A stretch of DNA of 64,000 nucleotides, from the NCBI RefSeq assembly GCF_041146345.1, contig NW_027191409.1, positions 1,426,001 through 1,490,000 on the forward strand, given 5' to 3'. This document shows, piece after piece, positions 12,210-25,423 of this stretch. The notes under the pieces are model-generated. The model ran no database searches. It saw only the letters and a list, made by a program, of their open reading frames with translations, and was not told the DNA's origin. How positions within the stretch are numbered: the stretch's first letter is position 1; each line of letters begins with the position of its first letter. Position numbers and translations under genes: made by a program. Source of the stretch: Neodothiora populina (taxonomy: Eukaryota).

Positions 12210-15200
12210 CTACATGTGCATGTCGATCCAATGCCAGAGTTTGAGGAATTGCTCCTTTGACATCGGCTTGACATCGCGCAATACTGATATCACGGCCTTA
12301 GTCTTCTGCAGATCTGGGGTCTTCATGGTCGCTTGAGCGGCCGGTCCATCTCGGCCATTAGCAGATTTTAAGGTCTGCTCGTCAAGATATGCCATCTTCC
12401 ACAAACCCAGAAGCTTAAATGCGGGGTGTCCCGCCGTGGTATTCTCCTGCGCGTCTTCGAGTCGAGCGACCCACTCTGCCGGTGCCATGCTATCAAAGGA
12501 TTCTTGTTCCTTTAGCCATTCCAACAGATCGGTCCAAAGCGGTACGCGATTTTCGTTTAGCACATGCAGAACATCCACACTATCTCCACTCCCGCCAACG
12601 CCAGCGATACCTTGTGTTAGTGCCACTGCTGCAGTGTCGACAGGAAGCCAATTGAGAGGCTCTTGCTCGAGCGCCGGTAGAGCTCGCGTCAACTTGACGC
12701 TGCTCAACATAATTGGCCAAGCTTCGTTGGTATTCCAGACACCTCGGCAGCTGTCTCCAGTCAACTGCCCGACGCGGAACACGGCGATGCTCCCTCCCAG
12801 TGGAGTCTGCTCTCCTGCTCTAGCACATATCTGCTCCGCGACCCACTTGCTACGGGAGTAGCCTAGTCCCGTACAGACTGCCGGATCGTCAATGATCTCC
12901 TCGGGGATAGTCGGCATCTTACCATTGTAAGCTAACACGCTTGCGATGGAGGAACAATATGCGAATTTTGCTGGGCTCAATCGGGATGACTTCAGTGCCA
13001 TATTGATCAGATTTGTCACTCCTGCATGCGAAGTAGATCAGTAAATCGATCACAACCCTGTTCAAGTCCAATGCTGCATGTTTGATGGCGCCACTTATCG
13101 TGATAAGGAGTACCAGGACCAAGTCCCAGGGAGACCTCGGGCAAGGATAGGTAAAGCGGCCGGAACTGCCGTGCAGGTACAAGGGATCCCACTTACCAGA
13201 AATGTTGTCTTTCACAAAGCTTCGCAGTCGCATGCGGAAATTGACAGCCCAGGCTACATGCATAACAATTGATACTTGTGCCGTGATCCTTTCGTACTGT
13301 TCGTCTGACAGCCCTAGGTGACACTCACCCAGCGATGCTACCAGCACTTCGACCTTGGCATCATCTGATGGCAAGACGGGAAGTCCACGGTGCTCCAGCG
13401 CCTCACTCACACGCCGTCTCGCGGTCTCGTTGTCTGTACCTCGTACGAGGCAAATGATTTTCGAGACTGACTCCATCTCCCGATATAATGCCAGAATGTG
13501 CGCACCTAGAGCACCCGTTGCGCCGGTCAGTACCACGACATCTTTATCAAGCTCTGCTTCTTTATCGTAGTGCAGCGCTGTCGAATTAGCATCACCGTCT
13601 ACACCGTTTGAGAGGGGTCGAGGTGGTCTCGGCTCGAAGTTTGAGTACTGTTCGACCAGCTGAAGCATTAATCGATGCTCGTCTTCTTCGTCATCCATCT
13701 CTTGTCCATGACGCTGCTTTATCACGTACTGGGCCAAACGGGCCACCGTTCCGCAGTCTTCGACTACGCTCAGCGGTAGCTGTTGAGAGGATAATGGCAG
13801 CAGTTGACGCATACCATACCTGACTTGCATACCCGCGACGGAATCAACGCCGTATGCGAAGAGATCCGTGTCATCACCAAGTGGCTCTTTCTTTGGAACG
13901 ATGGCATGAATCATGTTCCTGATTGCGTTTGGCAGCTCGTCATCGGCAATGTCATTACCTACATTTGATGAACTCAAATTAGTTATCGCGTCCTCGATAT
14001 TCTCAGAGAAGCGAGCTTCGGCAGAGCCACGGATTATGGTGCCCTTGCTGCTCTTTTCAAGTGGGACCTCGAGAACGGGCATGATGACGAGCATCTTCTG
14101 TGGGATTCGTGCGTGGTCCTGACTCTTCGCATTAAGTATTTGCACTATTGGCCACACCTTGTCTTCCATCTCAGAGTCTGGCATTGCTCGAGCCGCTTCT
14201 GATCGGAAGACAAGGAGCCCTGGGAACGGCTTCCCATTGCCGAAGATAATAGACTCTCCAACGAACTCCGAGGTCGATATTGATCCCTCTAGAGGTGCTG
14301 GATCAAACTTCTTGCCTGTGATGAGTGTGAGTTGAGAGTCGGCTCGAGAATCGTAGCGCCAGGCGTTGGGTATGCTCTTGTGAGGCGCAAAAAGGTCCGA
14401 CGTAGCAAAGGATCCATCATCACGATTTTTCTTTGCCTGCAATACGTGTCAGAAGCTAAGTTCCGAACGAGCACGGTCGTAGTGAATCTCTTACCATGTG
14501 TGGCCAGCCATGAGTGACTACCAGCTCGACAAGGTTGTCTTCGTAGTTCTCGAATCGAAGATTATCGGCACCCTCATCGCTCCTAAGATACTGCCATTGT
14601 TTGTCGTTCTGGTAATCACGATGGGAAGACATCAAAAATCCGCATTCGGCGCTTCCATATCTAGAAATAAGGTTGACACCTTCGCTGACCAAGCGGTCCC
14701 CTACCTCTGATGGTAATGCTGCACCACCAACACCTACAATATCCATGCTGCGCAGGTAGTCGAGACCACGTGCATCTGATTCCATCATTTGCAGTACATA
14801 TGGCACTGATGAGAAGTACTTGATTGGTGGCAAGTGGTGTTTCTCAGAGCTCTGCTTTCCCGCATCCAGACACTTTATGATATTGTTTGCCGTGATCGGA
14901 ACGCCTTTGCCGGGGAACAGCCAGATGAGTGCACCACTGGACCACGCACGGAGAAGATCCGCGATTCCTCCGTGATAAAGCGGCGTAGTGGTGAAGGTCG
15001 CACGGTCAGCGCGACCAGGGATTGTAGGTAGTACACCTGCGCCTGCACGATGTGTTTGTGGTATCGGCTTAGGCACGCCTGAAGATGTTCCGGATGTATG
15101 GTGGAAGTATGCAACATCAGATGCCGAAACCTGCGCGAAGTCTTCGGAAGTGGTTTTGTTACGTTCTGTAAGCAGACTCGCAAGGCTGAGTTCCTCTGTA

Positions 15201-15709
15201 AAGGGCAGCGATTCAGAAGTCAACTTCAAGCCTTCTTCGCTCGCCAGATCAGCTGCTTGCTTGGCTTGCGTTGAATATATGTCATCATGGAAGATGATGG
15301 TTGTCTCGCAAGCCTGACATAGGTGGGCAATGGCAGCAGCTTGGCACTGCGGTGCAATGAGCAATACTGCATGACCCAGACGCATAAGGGCAAGCCACAT
15401 GAAGAGGAATTCAGGCGTGCTCGGACAGATGAGCGCGACTGTCTTCGAATCCGCGAGTTTCCCGCCATATCTCTGCTTCAGCACTTTCGCTAGATTCGCA
15501 GAACCATTCTCGATATCAGAAAAAGACCACGATGAGTAGTCCCATGAGTCCTTGTCTGCGGAGGCAGGTATTGGAAAAGCAACAGCGGGATCTTGAGGCG
15601 CACTTCTCGCCCGGGATGCTATGAACCCATTGATGTTTTGGAACGACTTGTCTGTTAAATTCAGTGCGGCAGCTTGACCCAGCGTACACGTAAAGTAGGT
15701 TGCTTTCAT
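12210..15709 (-). CDS. NRPS-like adenylation-thiolation-reductase (A-T-R) enzyme; exons 15709-14495, 14436-13197 and 13021-12210, about 1088 aa
   Basis: A-domain motifs YFHHTSGTSSGVPKP, SRYGSAECG and ATSDLF; carrier motif DLFAYGVDSV; reductase motifs VVLTGATGALG and GYSRSKWVAE. Two GT-AG introns restore one frame. Confidence 0.92.
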
Positions 15710-16147
15710 GATGAACTATCGAGGCCGACTTGACGGTTCACACAACACCTGCGAGCGAAGTGAGGAAGAGTGTACGGTTTGTTACTTGCCATCAAAGGTT
15801 TTCCCATGGTACTGAATTGATAGATATCATCTGAAACCTTATTACTACGCATCTTAGAGACCACCTGAGGTAAGGATGTTTATTGATCAATACCTTAGGT
15901 AGTTCGTGGTACCTGGATGGTGATGTCACGATTAAGTGGAGGCTGGCGATCGGAGATGTCGCTGCCAAGGACGGCTTTCCCGCAGAGCCTCACCATGACT
16001 CAGCCCGAAGGCACGTCTTGGCCATCCATGACTTGACGATTATCAACTTCCAGGCTGCAGTCACTATTACTATCTTACATTAAATCAACACTCTCTACAA
16101 CTCGTGTGACCGGACACCCCAGACCAAGGCTGGAACAGAGCCTCGAC

Positions 16148-17470
16148 ATGGCGTCTTTCTCCATCTCACTCGGTGGCGGTCCCAAAAGTCGCAAAGCCTC
16201 ACCACCACCACCCAGCAATGGGGTCAAAAGAGCTCGTGCTGTTTTGGATGATGACGAGTCGGACAACGACGATGGAAATGCCGGCAAGCGTCAGGCTGTC
16301 ACACACTTTGATGCGGCTTCAGGCGGTGCAGTCGACGTGTCGAAGCCAAAAGTCGTCAAGGAGAAACTTGTGATACAGGCGCAGAAGAACCGGGATTGGA
16401 AAGAGGCCAGTCAGCGCAATAGACGGCAGCGACAAGGACTCCCACCAACCCAACAAGAAGGAGTGGAAGTGGAAGCACAATCTGCACCACTCAATCCCGC
16501 TCCCGCCACCTATGGATTGAACGTCCGCGACACTGAGCTGGTTTCCAACGCGATGCTTGCCGAAGGAGGACAAGACCGAGTGGAGTCAACCGGCGACGAG
16601 GTGGCCAGCACTGCACCAGCACGACCCCAGACTGATGACGAAAGGGCGATCGCTGCGCTCACTGGAGCGAGGGAGGAGTCAACTCTCACAATACCGACTA
16701 TTACTGAGGAGCAGGCTTTCGAGCGAGACGTTCAAGAAGCCCCCGACGCACCTACACTGGCTGAATACGCCGCAGTACCTGTCGAGGAATTTGGCGCTGC
16801 TATGTTAAGAGGTATGGGGTGGAAGGAGGGCCAAGGCATCGGTATTCAAAAGGGTCAGAAGCTTGTCACGGCCAAGGTGCCAGAGCGCCGGCCTGCTCTG
16901 CTGGGCATTGGTGCAAAGCCCGATACTGCTGTCGCTGGAGAATTGGGCGCTTGGGGTGCAGGTGCCAAGGGCAGGAGGAGGCCAGAGGTCGTATACAACC
17001 CACTGATCCTCAAGAATTCGAAGACTGGCGAGCAGCTTACCGAGGAGGAGCTGAAAGCAAAATTACAAGAGCAGACAGAACGAGCGGCAAACGAGACATA
17101 TTCAAGAGGGTCAGAGAAACGGTATAGACGAGATGATGACAATCATCGTCGGCACGATGACTACGAGTATCACGACAGGGAAGAGCGCCGCCGGAGGGAA
17201 CGTAGGAAAGAGCGAGACTCCAAGGAGCATGGTCGGTCACGGCGAGACAGGAGTGTGTCGGTTGACAGGCGACGAGAAAGGAAGGAGCGAAGCATTTCAC
17301 ATGACCGAGGCCACGACAGGCGCCGTGACCGAGGCGATGAATCACATTACAAGGTACGAGGGGATCGAGAACGACGAAGGAAAGATCGCGGTGATGATTA
17401 TAGTCATCGGTCAAGTAGGCGTGAGCGAGACCGATATGATGACGATCGAGAACGACGAGATAGGCGTTGA
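16148..17470 (+). CDS. spp2: G-patch pre-mRNA splicing factor Spp2/MOS2-like
   Basis: EYAAVPVEEFGAAMLRGMGWKEGQGIG...RRPALLGIGA G-patch, followed by an Arg/Asp-rich C-terminus. First ATG is at 16148. Confidence 0.88.
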   Translation: MASFSISLGGGPKSRKASPPPPSNGVKRARAVLDDDESDNDDGNAGKRQAVTHFDAASGGAVDVSKPKVVKEKLVIQAQKNRDWKEASQRNRRQRQGLPPTQQEGVEVEAQSAPLNPAPATYGLNVRDTELVSNAMLAEGGQDRVESTGDEVASTAPARPQTDDERAIAALTGAREESTLTIPTITEEQAFERDVQEAPDAPTLAEYAAVPVEEFGAAMLRGMGWKEGQGIGIQKGQKLVTAKVPERRPALLGIGAKPDTAVAGELGAWGAGAKGRRRPEVVYNPLILKNSKTGEQLTEEELKAKLQEQTERAANETYSRGSEKRYRRDDDNHRRHDDYEYHDREERRRRERRKERDSKEHGRSRRDRSVSVDRRRERKERSISHDRGHDRRRDRGDESHYKVRGDRERRRKDRGDDYSHRSSRRERDRYDDDRERRDRR

Positions 17471-19271
17471 GATGGCTTCTGTTGCAGTCGACGATCAAGA
17501 GACCCAATATGTACATATAACAATCCACTCGTTGCTGGGAGCATGAATGCAACAGAAATGGCTCGCTGTATAAAGTCGTGGTTGATCTCTCATATCTCTG
17601 CTGATGTTTGCATCAAGTTTGGCCATGCGCTTGCCATTCAGACTGCTTTGATGCTGCATGAGTGCACCTTTCTCAAGAGATGGACTTCTGTTGTATATGA
17701 ATATATCCATGTTATGATCGTGATGTAGCCTAGGTACTGTTCTGACCTCATGTCTTCTCAAAGGTCTTTGTCTCGTCTGCCAAAATGCTGTTTTCGTCCC
17801 ACCCATCAATCAGAAAAACCAGTCCACAACAAAAGTATCGTCGCAAGTTCACCAAATGAATTATAACTTTTTAGACTGCCACGACAGACATGACGCAGAC
17901 TATACATATTGATACGAAGGTATATATCTCAAAGATCTAGATATTGAGAGCGATGGTTATAGAAACACCTCGAGATCATATCACCACACATATACATGCT
18001 TTTTAACATATTCGCGAATAGCATTCAGATAGGACAGGGTCCCCCCTCCGGACTGTACCTGACATTCAAGAAGCACAATGACGGGATTGGAAGTCTAACT
18101 CCGTCATGCTAATTATTGCCCTGCCATTCACCATCTCATCCTCCACGGGGAGAAAAAAATTAGTCCGAGCGGGACCACCCCACAGCCGCCGAATCTACCA
18201 GAACATTGGCCTCCGTGAACGAGGAGAGTCGGCTATCATAACTCTGAACACCACACCAAATCTTGTTCAACCCACAAGCATTGATATTTTTCTCGATGAA
18301 GTAGATCCACCAAGAGCATATCGTAATGGATGTTGACCGAACCATTCCAAGAAGATCCACAGCCACGTCATGTATTCCGCCTTCGATAATTTAACCCTGC
18401 CGCGCGAAGTCCGCATTCGCTGCGAACTGCCATTCATGCATTCCGCGGCCCCACCGCTGGCACTTTTTCTGCGAAAGCCCTAGCCCAGACACTATCTACC
18501 TTATTCTCTGCGATATACTGTATCATTGAGTGCAACAACGGCGATGGACTAGATCAACAGGGTAGAGGCGGGAGTAGTTGCCCTACTGTGGCAATCTATC
18601 AACGAAGACAGTGCTGCTTGAGAGACTTAGAGAGGTATCTTTGCTTGACGCCTGCCGTATTACCCAGTAGTGAGGAGCCAGAAAGCCAAGCTACACATCC
18701 TGCACAAGTAGGAAGGTAGTAGTGTATAGCTAGTCTGCTTGCGCGATGCCAGCCGTTACAGATGCGGGCTTCACGTTACGTGAGCAGCAAGAGGTTGCCT
18801 TTCCTCATCAAAAGCCTGATTCAACGTCAATTGTATAGCCAAAGTGTGATTGGAGTTACACAGGACAAGGTTATCAAGCAAGAAAGCATCGCGGTATATC
18901 AACATGTCGCAACATAGCGAGGCGGACAGACCAGCGTGGAACAGTGCGTCTTGAATTCAACGAAGAGCATCAAGGTGATGCTTTCCTGAGGCGCAACTAT
19001 CACACATGCCAAGTCTCCACTGGGAACTTTGCTGGACACGGTTCTTCGAGGGCTGTGGCTGACACGCCCCTTCTTGAGTCACGAGCAAGCTGTCACAATC
19101 CTGTAAGACGGGTCCTTACTCAGTGCATTACTGATCGCTAGCTAAAGCGGGTATGCACACACGAAGGCAAAAAAATGCTGATATGGATTCAGGTCTGAGG
19201 CTGGCCTGGCCTTTCCCTGAAGTACTGTACGAGGTGGACCTGCATATGCGGTCTCTGGACTCTTATTCCTG

Positions 19272-20000
19272 CTAGGCCCAATACAGGGGACAGGGTAATT
19301 CACAGGTTGCATAAGGAACATGAGCCTTCACAGCTTGGTAAAACGTGCCTCGATGGAATTCATCGGGGCTGTCGTGCCGCATAAGGAAAGTTGAATCTAC
19401 GCGTCTCAGGAAGTAAGTTAGTCCCACGCAGTCGCCGAAGGCCACAGAAGTTGCTGAATGTGGCATGTGCATACGAACTCTATTGCTGAGACAGGAAGAC
19501 ACGTCCTTGAGGTTACAGTTATCTCAAGCCTGTACCTTATACGCTTGTACATGCCACGAGCCATCCGTCAGGTACGCGATCAGTGCAAAGGAAGCTTCAC
19601 CATTTTTGGGCTTATCTGAATGGTTGGGTAATGTCACTGTGAATTTAGCCAAATATGCAAAGGTTACTCTATGCAGGTATTCTGCATCATCCAAGATCCA
19701 CATGAACTCTGCCAGTGGTGGGCAGGCTAATGCACCAGTGGCTCGAGTACACCTCGCAAGATTTGGAACAGTGGGACTTTGCGGATGCACAAATTCAAAG
19801 CTCGTGTTTGAGAGATTTATCAGGCATCGTGACCGTCGTTTTGCGTCGTATAGCGTAAAGCTCTCTACAGCCAGCAGCGTCCACCAATCAGCAGAGGCAG
19901 CATATCATTGCCTGGCGTGCTGGCCAAGAAACCGGACTTGACTTCTCGTCTTACAAGTACACCCTGGTTGCCAAACCTTCCAGCTCTCTTCGACTTCGAA
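19272..20000 (-). pseudogene. Possible pseudogene: 243-codon frame with only two internal TGA stops
   Basis: One minus-strand frame is open from 20000 to 19272 except for TGA at 19905-19907 and 19524-19526. No clear start codon and no domain recognised. Confidence 0.35.
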
Positions 20001-20044
20001 TCAAGGGCAACAGGGTATCTTTGTGTCTTCCAAAAGGTTACTGT

Positions 20045-20435
20045 TTAACCGAATCTTGTCTCCTTGTCCTTGATAGGCATATCCTTGCCGCTGTAGCTCT
20101 TGTACTGGCCACGAATGAAGTCGGAGATTTGCTCGTCCTTGGCCTGCTCAACAGCCGACTCGTTATCCTGGGGACCCTGGCCGAGGAACTTCTCCTGCAC
20201 GAAGTCCACGCCTGTGTTGTGTAAGCATGTCTTTGACCTTGATCCTTTGTAAAGGGGGACCCTTACCCTTGTCAAGGTAGTCCTCGTTCTTCTCACTCTC
20301 CCTGCCACCACCAGCGGCAGAGTTAATCTTGTCCATGAAGCCACCACCGCTGCTGCTCTGTTGTCCTGAGGTCTGAGCACTGCTAGCGCCCTCCTCCTTG
20401 TTGCTGCCTCCGGTGAACTTGTTGACGAAATCCAT
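20045..20435 (-). CDS. Small conserved hydrophilic fungal protein (family often auto-annotated DDR48-like); exons 20435-20267 and 20211-20045, about 111 aa
   Basis: GGGRESEKNEDYLDKG|VDFVQEKFLGQGPQDNESAVEQAKDEQISDFIRGQYK, joined across a 55-bp GTAAGG...CAG intron. Confidence 0.85.
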
Positions 20436-21481
20436 GATGTACGATTTAGGTTTTGTTTTGAGTGCTGGTTGAGCGACAGATGAGAACGTGTGATCAGATT
20501 GAGGGAGGCGTTCGATGGCACCATGGACTTACTATGATTGTTTCGTCAAAGAGTAAACAACAGTTATGTGAATGGATTATATCAGAGTAAGAGGAAGAAT
20601 CCCGACCTTTAATAGAGACCTACGTGTTCCTTCCTTGGAAAAGTTGACAAGAACCAAACAAGCACATCCCCCCAGAGTGACCAACATGACGCACACAACA
20701 CAACCCCGCCTTAGATCCCGTCGTGCATCAACAAAGAAACTGCAGGGTACCTACAATACTTTTCGCGGTACCTGTGATACCTGCCTGTAGTTGAAACAAC
20801 ACGTCAGATCGTAAGCCAAGTTGCGCCTAGCCTTACCAGGCAATTGAAAGCGGGAAACTTGGATGTGCTTTGGCGAGCGAGCGAATGGCAGGAGGGTTTG
20901 AGTGGTCTTTGCCGTCGCTGTCGTAGGTAGTTGTGGCTGCCCGCCATCAACGCTGCCATCAACAAGCCAAGCACGACGTCACCTTGCAAATGGTGCAAAC
21001 ATTATTCCCAAGTCAACTTTGAACTAGGTACTGTATGACCAGCCATAAGTCAGTCTATACCTAGGCAGCAGGTAAATGCTTAATTCGATGTGACTATTTC
21101 CGCTGGACAGGCCGTCTTGCGATATACGTGTCTCTAGAGTGCTACTACTTGTTGTCGTAGTCTATGATCTAACAGTGATGCCATGACAAAGTAGACTTGG
21201 AATGAATATAGACCTTCACAACTTGTCAAAGAGCACCATGATATCATCTAGATGATGAGGGCGGATGTGGATCCATGGATATATTCACTGTTGTTCATTT
21301 CCTCCGTAGACGGCAACAGCTCGAGACCGTGGCAAGCTCAACACAATCGATAGGAACTTGAAGACGTTTGGGAGCTGCCACGAGGACATTGGTCTCATGA
21401 TACAAAAGATCTATATAAAGCTAAAACATATAATGCAAACAGCAGAGCTCTGCGTTGCTTCTGCGAAGTGCTTGCTTATTC

Positions 21482-24287
21482 TCAAGCATAAGAGAGGTCT
21501 ATGATGTCTCTGGCATGTCTTCTCTTGACACCAGCTGCTCCCTGGTTCTGCTTCTGCTCCTCCTCGTCGAAGAGGTAATCAATCCACTCGAGAATGTCCA
21601 TCATGGTGAAGCCTTTGGGAATGGGCTTCATCTTCTCGTGTCCAGGGATAGCGCTTGCGGTGGGGACCGATACCTCGGAGGTGAGTGCGCCAGCAGGGAG
21701 AGTGGCAGTCAGGCTGGCAATGGCACTGCTGACAGCTGCATGTGGGACCGAAGTGCCAGTCGCAGCAGCGGTGACCGATGTTGCATTGGCAATATGGTAT
21801 GGTGCAGCAGCTGAGGAGGCGGCGTATGCTGCAGCTGAACCGACAGAGGAAGAAGCAGGGGCGGCGGTGCTGTTGCTTCCGCCAAGGGCGAGGATCTTGG
21901 CGGCTGCTGCCTCAGCGGCAACCATGACAATTGCTTGCGTGTTACCAGTAGGAAGATCTGGGTGGAAAGATGCGTCGACCACAAAGAGGTTGTCTGTGCC
22001 GTAGACTTTAGTATTCAGATCCACGACCGAGGTTCCGTTGTTCTTGCGTCCGTCATCGGTACCCATCTTGGCGCTGCCGACAAAGTGACTTCCTGAAACA
22101 TAAGTGCTTAAAAGGTCAGCGCCAGTCTCATTGCCGGACGTAGTAGACGGTACGTAGGTCAGGGTGGAGTTAGCAGTCTTGCTGTATGCGATGAGCTGGT
22201 CGATGAAACCGGACATTGCCTCCTTGTCCATAGCGGTGTTGAGGTAGGGCGCAGTGGTCAACTCGGTGGCACCATCAGCGGTGATGCCAAGGACACCGGT
22301 GGAAGTGACACCGTGAGTGAGGTAGACCTTTATCTTGACCACGCCGGTAGACGGAGAGTTGCAGGTACCTTGAACGTAGCGCGTGCTGCCGTCGGACGTC
22401 TTGACCGAAGTCCAGAAATTGAAGCGTTGACCGGCTTGGACTAAGGCTCCATTTCCATGGGCGAACATGGCAGTCTCGTTAAGAGCAGGGACCAGGAAGT
22501 CATTCTGGTACAAGGAGCGGATAGCGCTGTTGGTCTTGAATTTGAGAGTGATGATGGGGTGATCCTTGATGCCTTGTCCAACAGGAAGGTTGATCCACTC
22601 CGCCTTGGAGGGAAGAGTAACAGCAGTACTTCCACTTTGAACAGTCTGGATTTGGGCCGCTGGACCAATACCGCTGTTGAAGAGGACACGTGGAGTTGAC
22701 AGACTGCCCGAGGACAAGATGACCTTACCGCCTGGGTTGACCTTGATGATTTGACGAGCGCCCTTGCTACCTTCGACTTCGACACCGGATACATAGGAGC
22801 CGTTACGGACAGCTCGAATAACCTTGGTATGAAGCTGAAGCTTAAAGTTGGGAAACTGCTGAGCGTGAGGCAGATAAGTCATGACTGGACCAGCTCTGAG
22901 ACCGTTCTGGATGTTCCATGGAGGGTGACTGAAAACATTGTGCTTCTCGTTAGGCTGTTCTAAAGCGTTGACCGATGACCAACCATTGTTGCTGAAGAAT
23001 TGCGAGAGGACATCGTATGCAGCTTGGTCGTAGCGATGGCCATCAGCAGAAGGGCTGATGGTGCCAGGATTTCTCTGATACAACTTTTCTGCTGAGCTGG
23101 CGACATCTTGCCATTTCCAGCCAGTAGGCCACTTATCGTCGAAATCGATCTCTTGAGGATGAACAAACATGAGTGCATTGACCATGGTACTACCTCCAAG
23201 AAGGCATCCAGCCATTGAAGCTGTATCGGTACAATACTCGCTTGTGTCGTTGGAGCTGGTGAGGTAGTATCCCATGGCAGGAACATCGTACTGGGTAACC
23301 GTGTTGTTCCACGACATGACGGAACGTCCACCAGAGGCGTAGGTGGATGCACCACCTCTTTCGAGAAGAAGAACGCTAGCACCGGTCTCTGCAATTCTGT
23401 CGGCAACAATGATACCTGCAGGACCACTACCTGCAATGATGTAGTCGTAGGTCACGTTCGAGACGGTGGCCGTAACATTTGCGGCAGACACAGTGCTGTT
23501 AGACCCAGTAGCCCCAGTAGTGTTGTTGCCGCTGGAGGTAGTTGCTACCGAAGCCATCGCGGCCCAGGTCGAGTATTGTGCAGATCTCGCACTGGTGAAG
23601 TTCAAGTCAAACTCTCCAAATCCGGCTGAGTGGTAACTTAAAGCAGAGTTCTGGCTGGAAGGGTTGGTGACTGCTGCGTCGGAGTAGGCCCATCCAAAAA
23701 CGCTGCCTGAAGACGTCTTTGGAAAGCTGAGAGAATCGCCTGTAATGCAGCCTCTGCAGAGGAAGGTGTAGGAGAAGTGGGTCGAGTTGACGAAAGTTCC
23801 CTTCTCAATGGGCATCATGGACACACCATTTCCGCTGTAAACAGGAGGGGTTACATATCCACTACGCTTCATGTTAGCTCAGAAGGAAACCGTCTTCGCG
23901 AGCCTCACATTCTCACCCTGCTTTACGGAACGAAGCGACGACCTCTCCTGAGTTGGGCCACGCTACAACAAGCAGGGGACCTGTCATGGTAGCGCCGAGA
24001 TCAAATCCGGCCCATCCCTTGTCATCAGTGACCGGTGCAACCTAGCCAACAGAGTCAGTATAATTGTCCTCAGGCATGAGCTGAGTCAGAATGCGACATG
24101 AACGTACGATCTGGGCAATGAAGTCTGTATCAATAGTCTCAGGCATCGAGATACCATACTGACAACCAGTTTTCGAGTCCTTCCAGCTTTGGAAAGTTAT
24201 GCCAGACTTCGAATCGGTATAGGAAAAACTCTGTGCTACAGCGCCTAGCGCATAGAGCGCAGTAGAGGCGATTGAGAAACGGACCAT
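21482..24287 (-). CDS. cdh: Secreted cellobiose dehydrogenase (AA8 cytochrome + AA3_1 GMC flavodomain); exons 24287-24108, 24041-23917 and 23861-21482, about 894 aa
   Basis: Signal peptide; cytochrome domain with Met (GATMTG) and His (LSYHSAG) heme-ligand positions; FAD motif YDYIIAGSGPAG; GCLLGGSTMVN; catalytic His (GSHFVG) and Asn (PTGNTQ). No CBM1. Confidence 0.92.
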
Positions 24288-24510
24288 ATTGAAACCACTT
24301 TTTCAAAGATTGGTATAGAGGGATTCAACGTGAGTAGAGAATGTGAAGACCGTCAAGGCCAAGAAAATACAAGAAAATGAACGTAAAGCCGTCAAGGCTG
24401 GAAAGAACGAAAATGAAAGAATGACTATGCCTTCAAGGCAAAGAAAATAACACTCTACCAGGAGTGAAAAAGCAGGATGTCAGAGGCAAGTAACAGAAGG
24501 CATACTCAGG

Positions 24511-24518
24511 TTTATATA
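24511..24518 (-). promoter_or_regulatory. Candidate TATA box of the cdh gene
   Basis: TATATAAA on the minus strand about 225 bp upstream of the ATG, followed by a pyrimidine-rich leader. Confidence 0.5.
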
Positions 24519-25423
24519 TGGCATCTAAGTGATTGGCCTTCTGGACTTAGTCGGTCCTAATCCATCCTCATCCAGCGATAAGACCCTAACACTCAAAAGG
24601 CAAAGTGAATTCAATTTTTCCTTGTACCCACCTTCATCAAGATAGAACATTACTTGTGGTCTTGGTATAGGCCTTGGGTGGGGCAGCGTTGTGGTTTCAT
24701 GTGTTTCAAGTGTGTAGGTGGCTTGTGCAAGAGTTTGATCAGCAGATAACCGAAGCCTGCGACCACTGACTTGCTCCTCAGAAATATTGTAGTACACTCA
24801 AGTGGATTAGTTATACACTAACAGTCGCTCTACCGAACGACACGATGCACATTCTGGGACCTTCACGAGCGTGGTAAGCAAAAGGTCCGATCACAGACGA
24901 CGATGTTATTACGATCGAGACTCAACAGCAAGGCAGGCACAGTATCGTAGCAGGACCTGCCGCACGTTAGGGCTCTGCATGGATACTTGTATACTTGCTG
25001 TGGCAGGCGTATCCACTAGAAAGTAGAACGGCGATAGACGAGATTTCGAGGATGAAGGTGATCCGTCTGCATTGAGTGATCCTTGTCTTCGATCCGTAGT
25101 GTATGGAGTATCGCGCACGAGGATGCTCCAACTTCAGTGTTCGTAGCCAGTCAGCTTTCAGAGTTTGTAATAGTTGCATGCTGACACTTGCAGGGCGGTC
25201 CTCCGTACTTGTGCTGCCCCCTCGGCTAGGCGCTGTACTTTTACTACTTGTATTGCGAGCACACAATTCAAGACATTACTCTTGCCGTGAAATTTGGACT
25301 TCCAGCGACTGCATTGTCGCCTGTATGTGTCATCATTGATTTTGGCGGCCTCTCCTGGGTGAGACGATTTAGCTAAGCGACCCAAACTTGGAACGCTACA
25401 TGACAGCTAAATCCTAATGCTTT

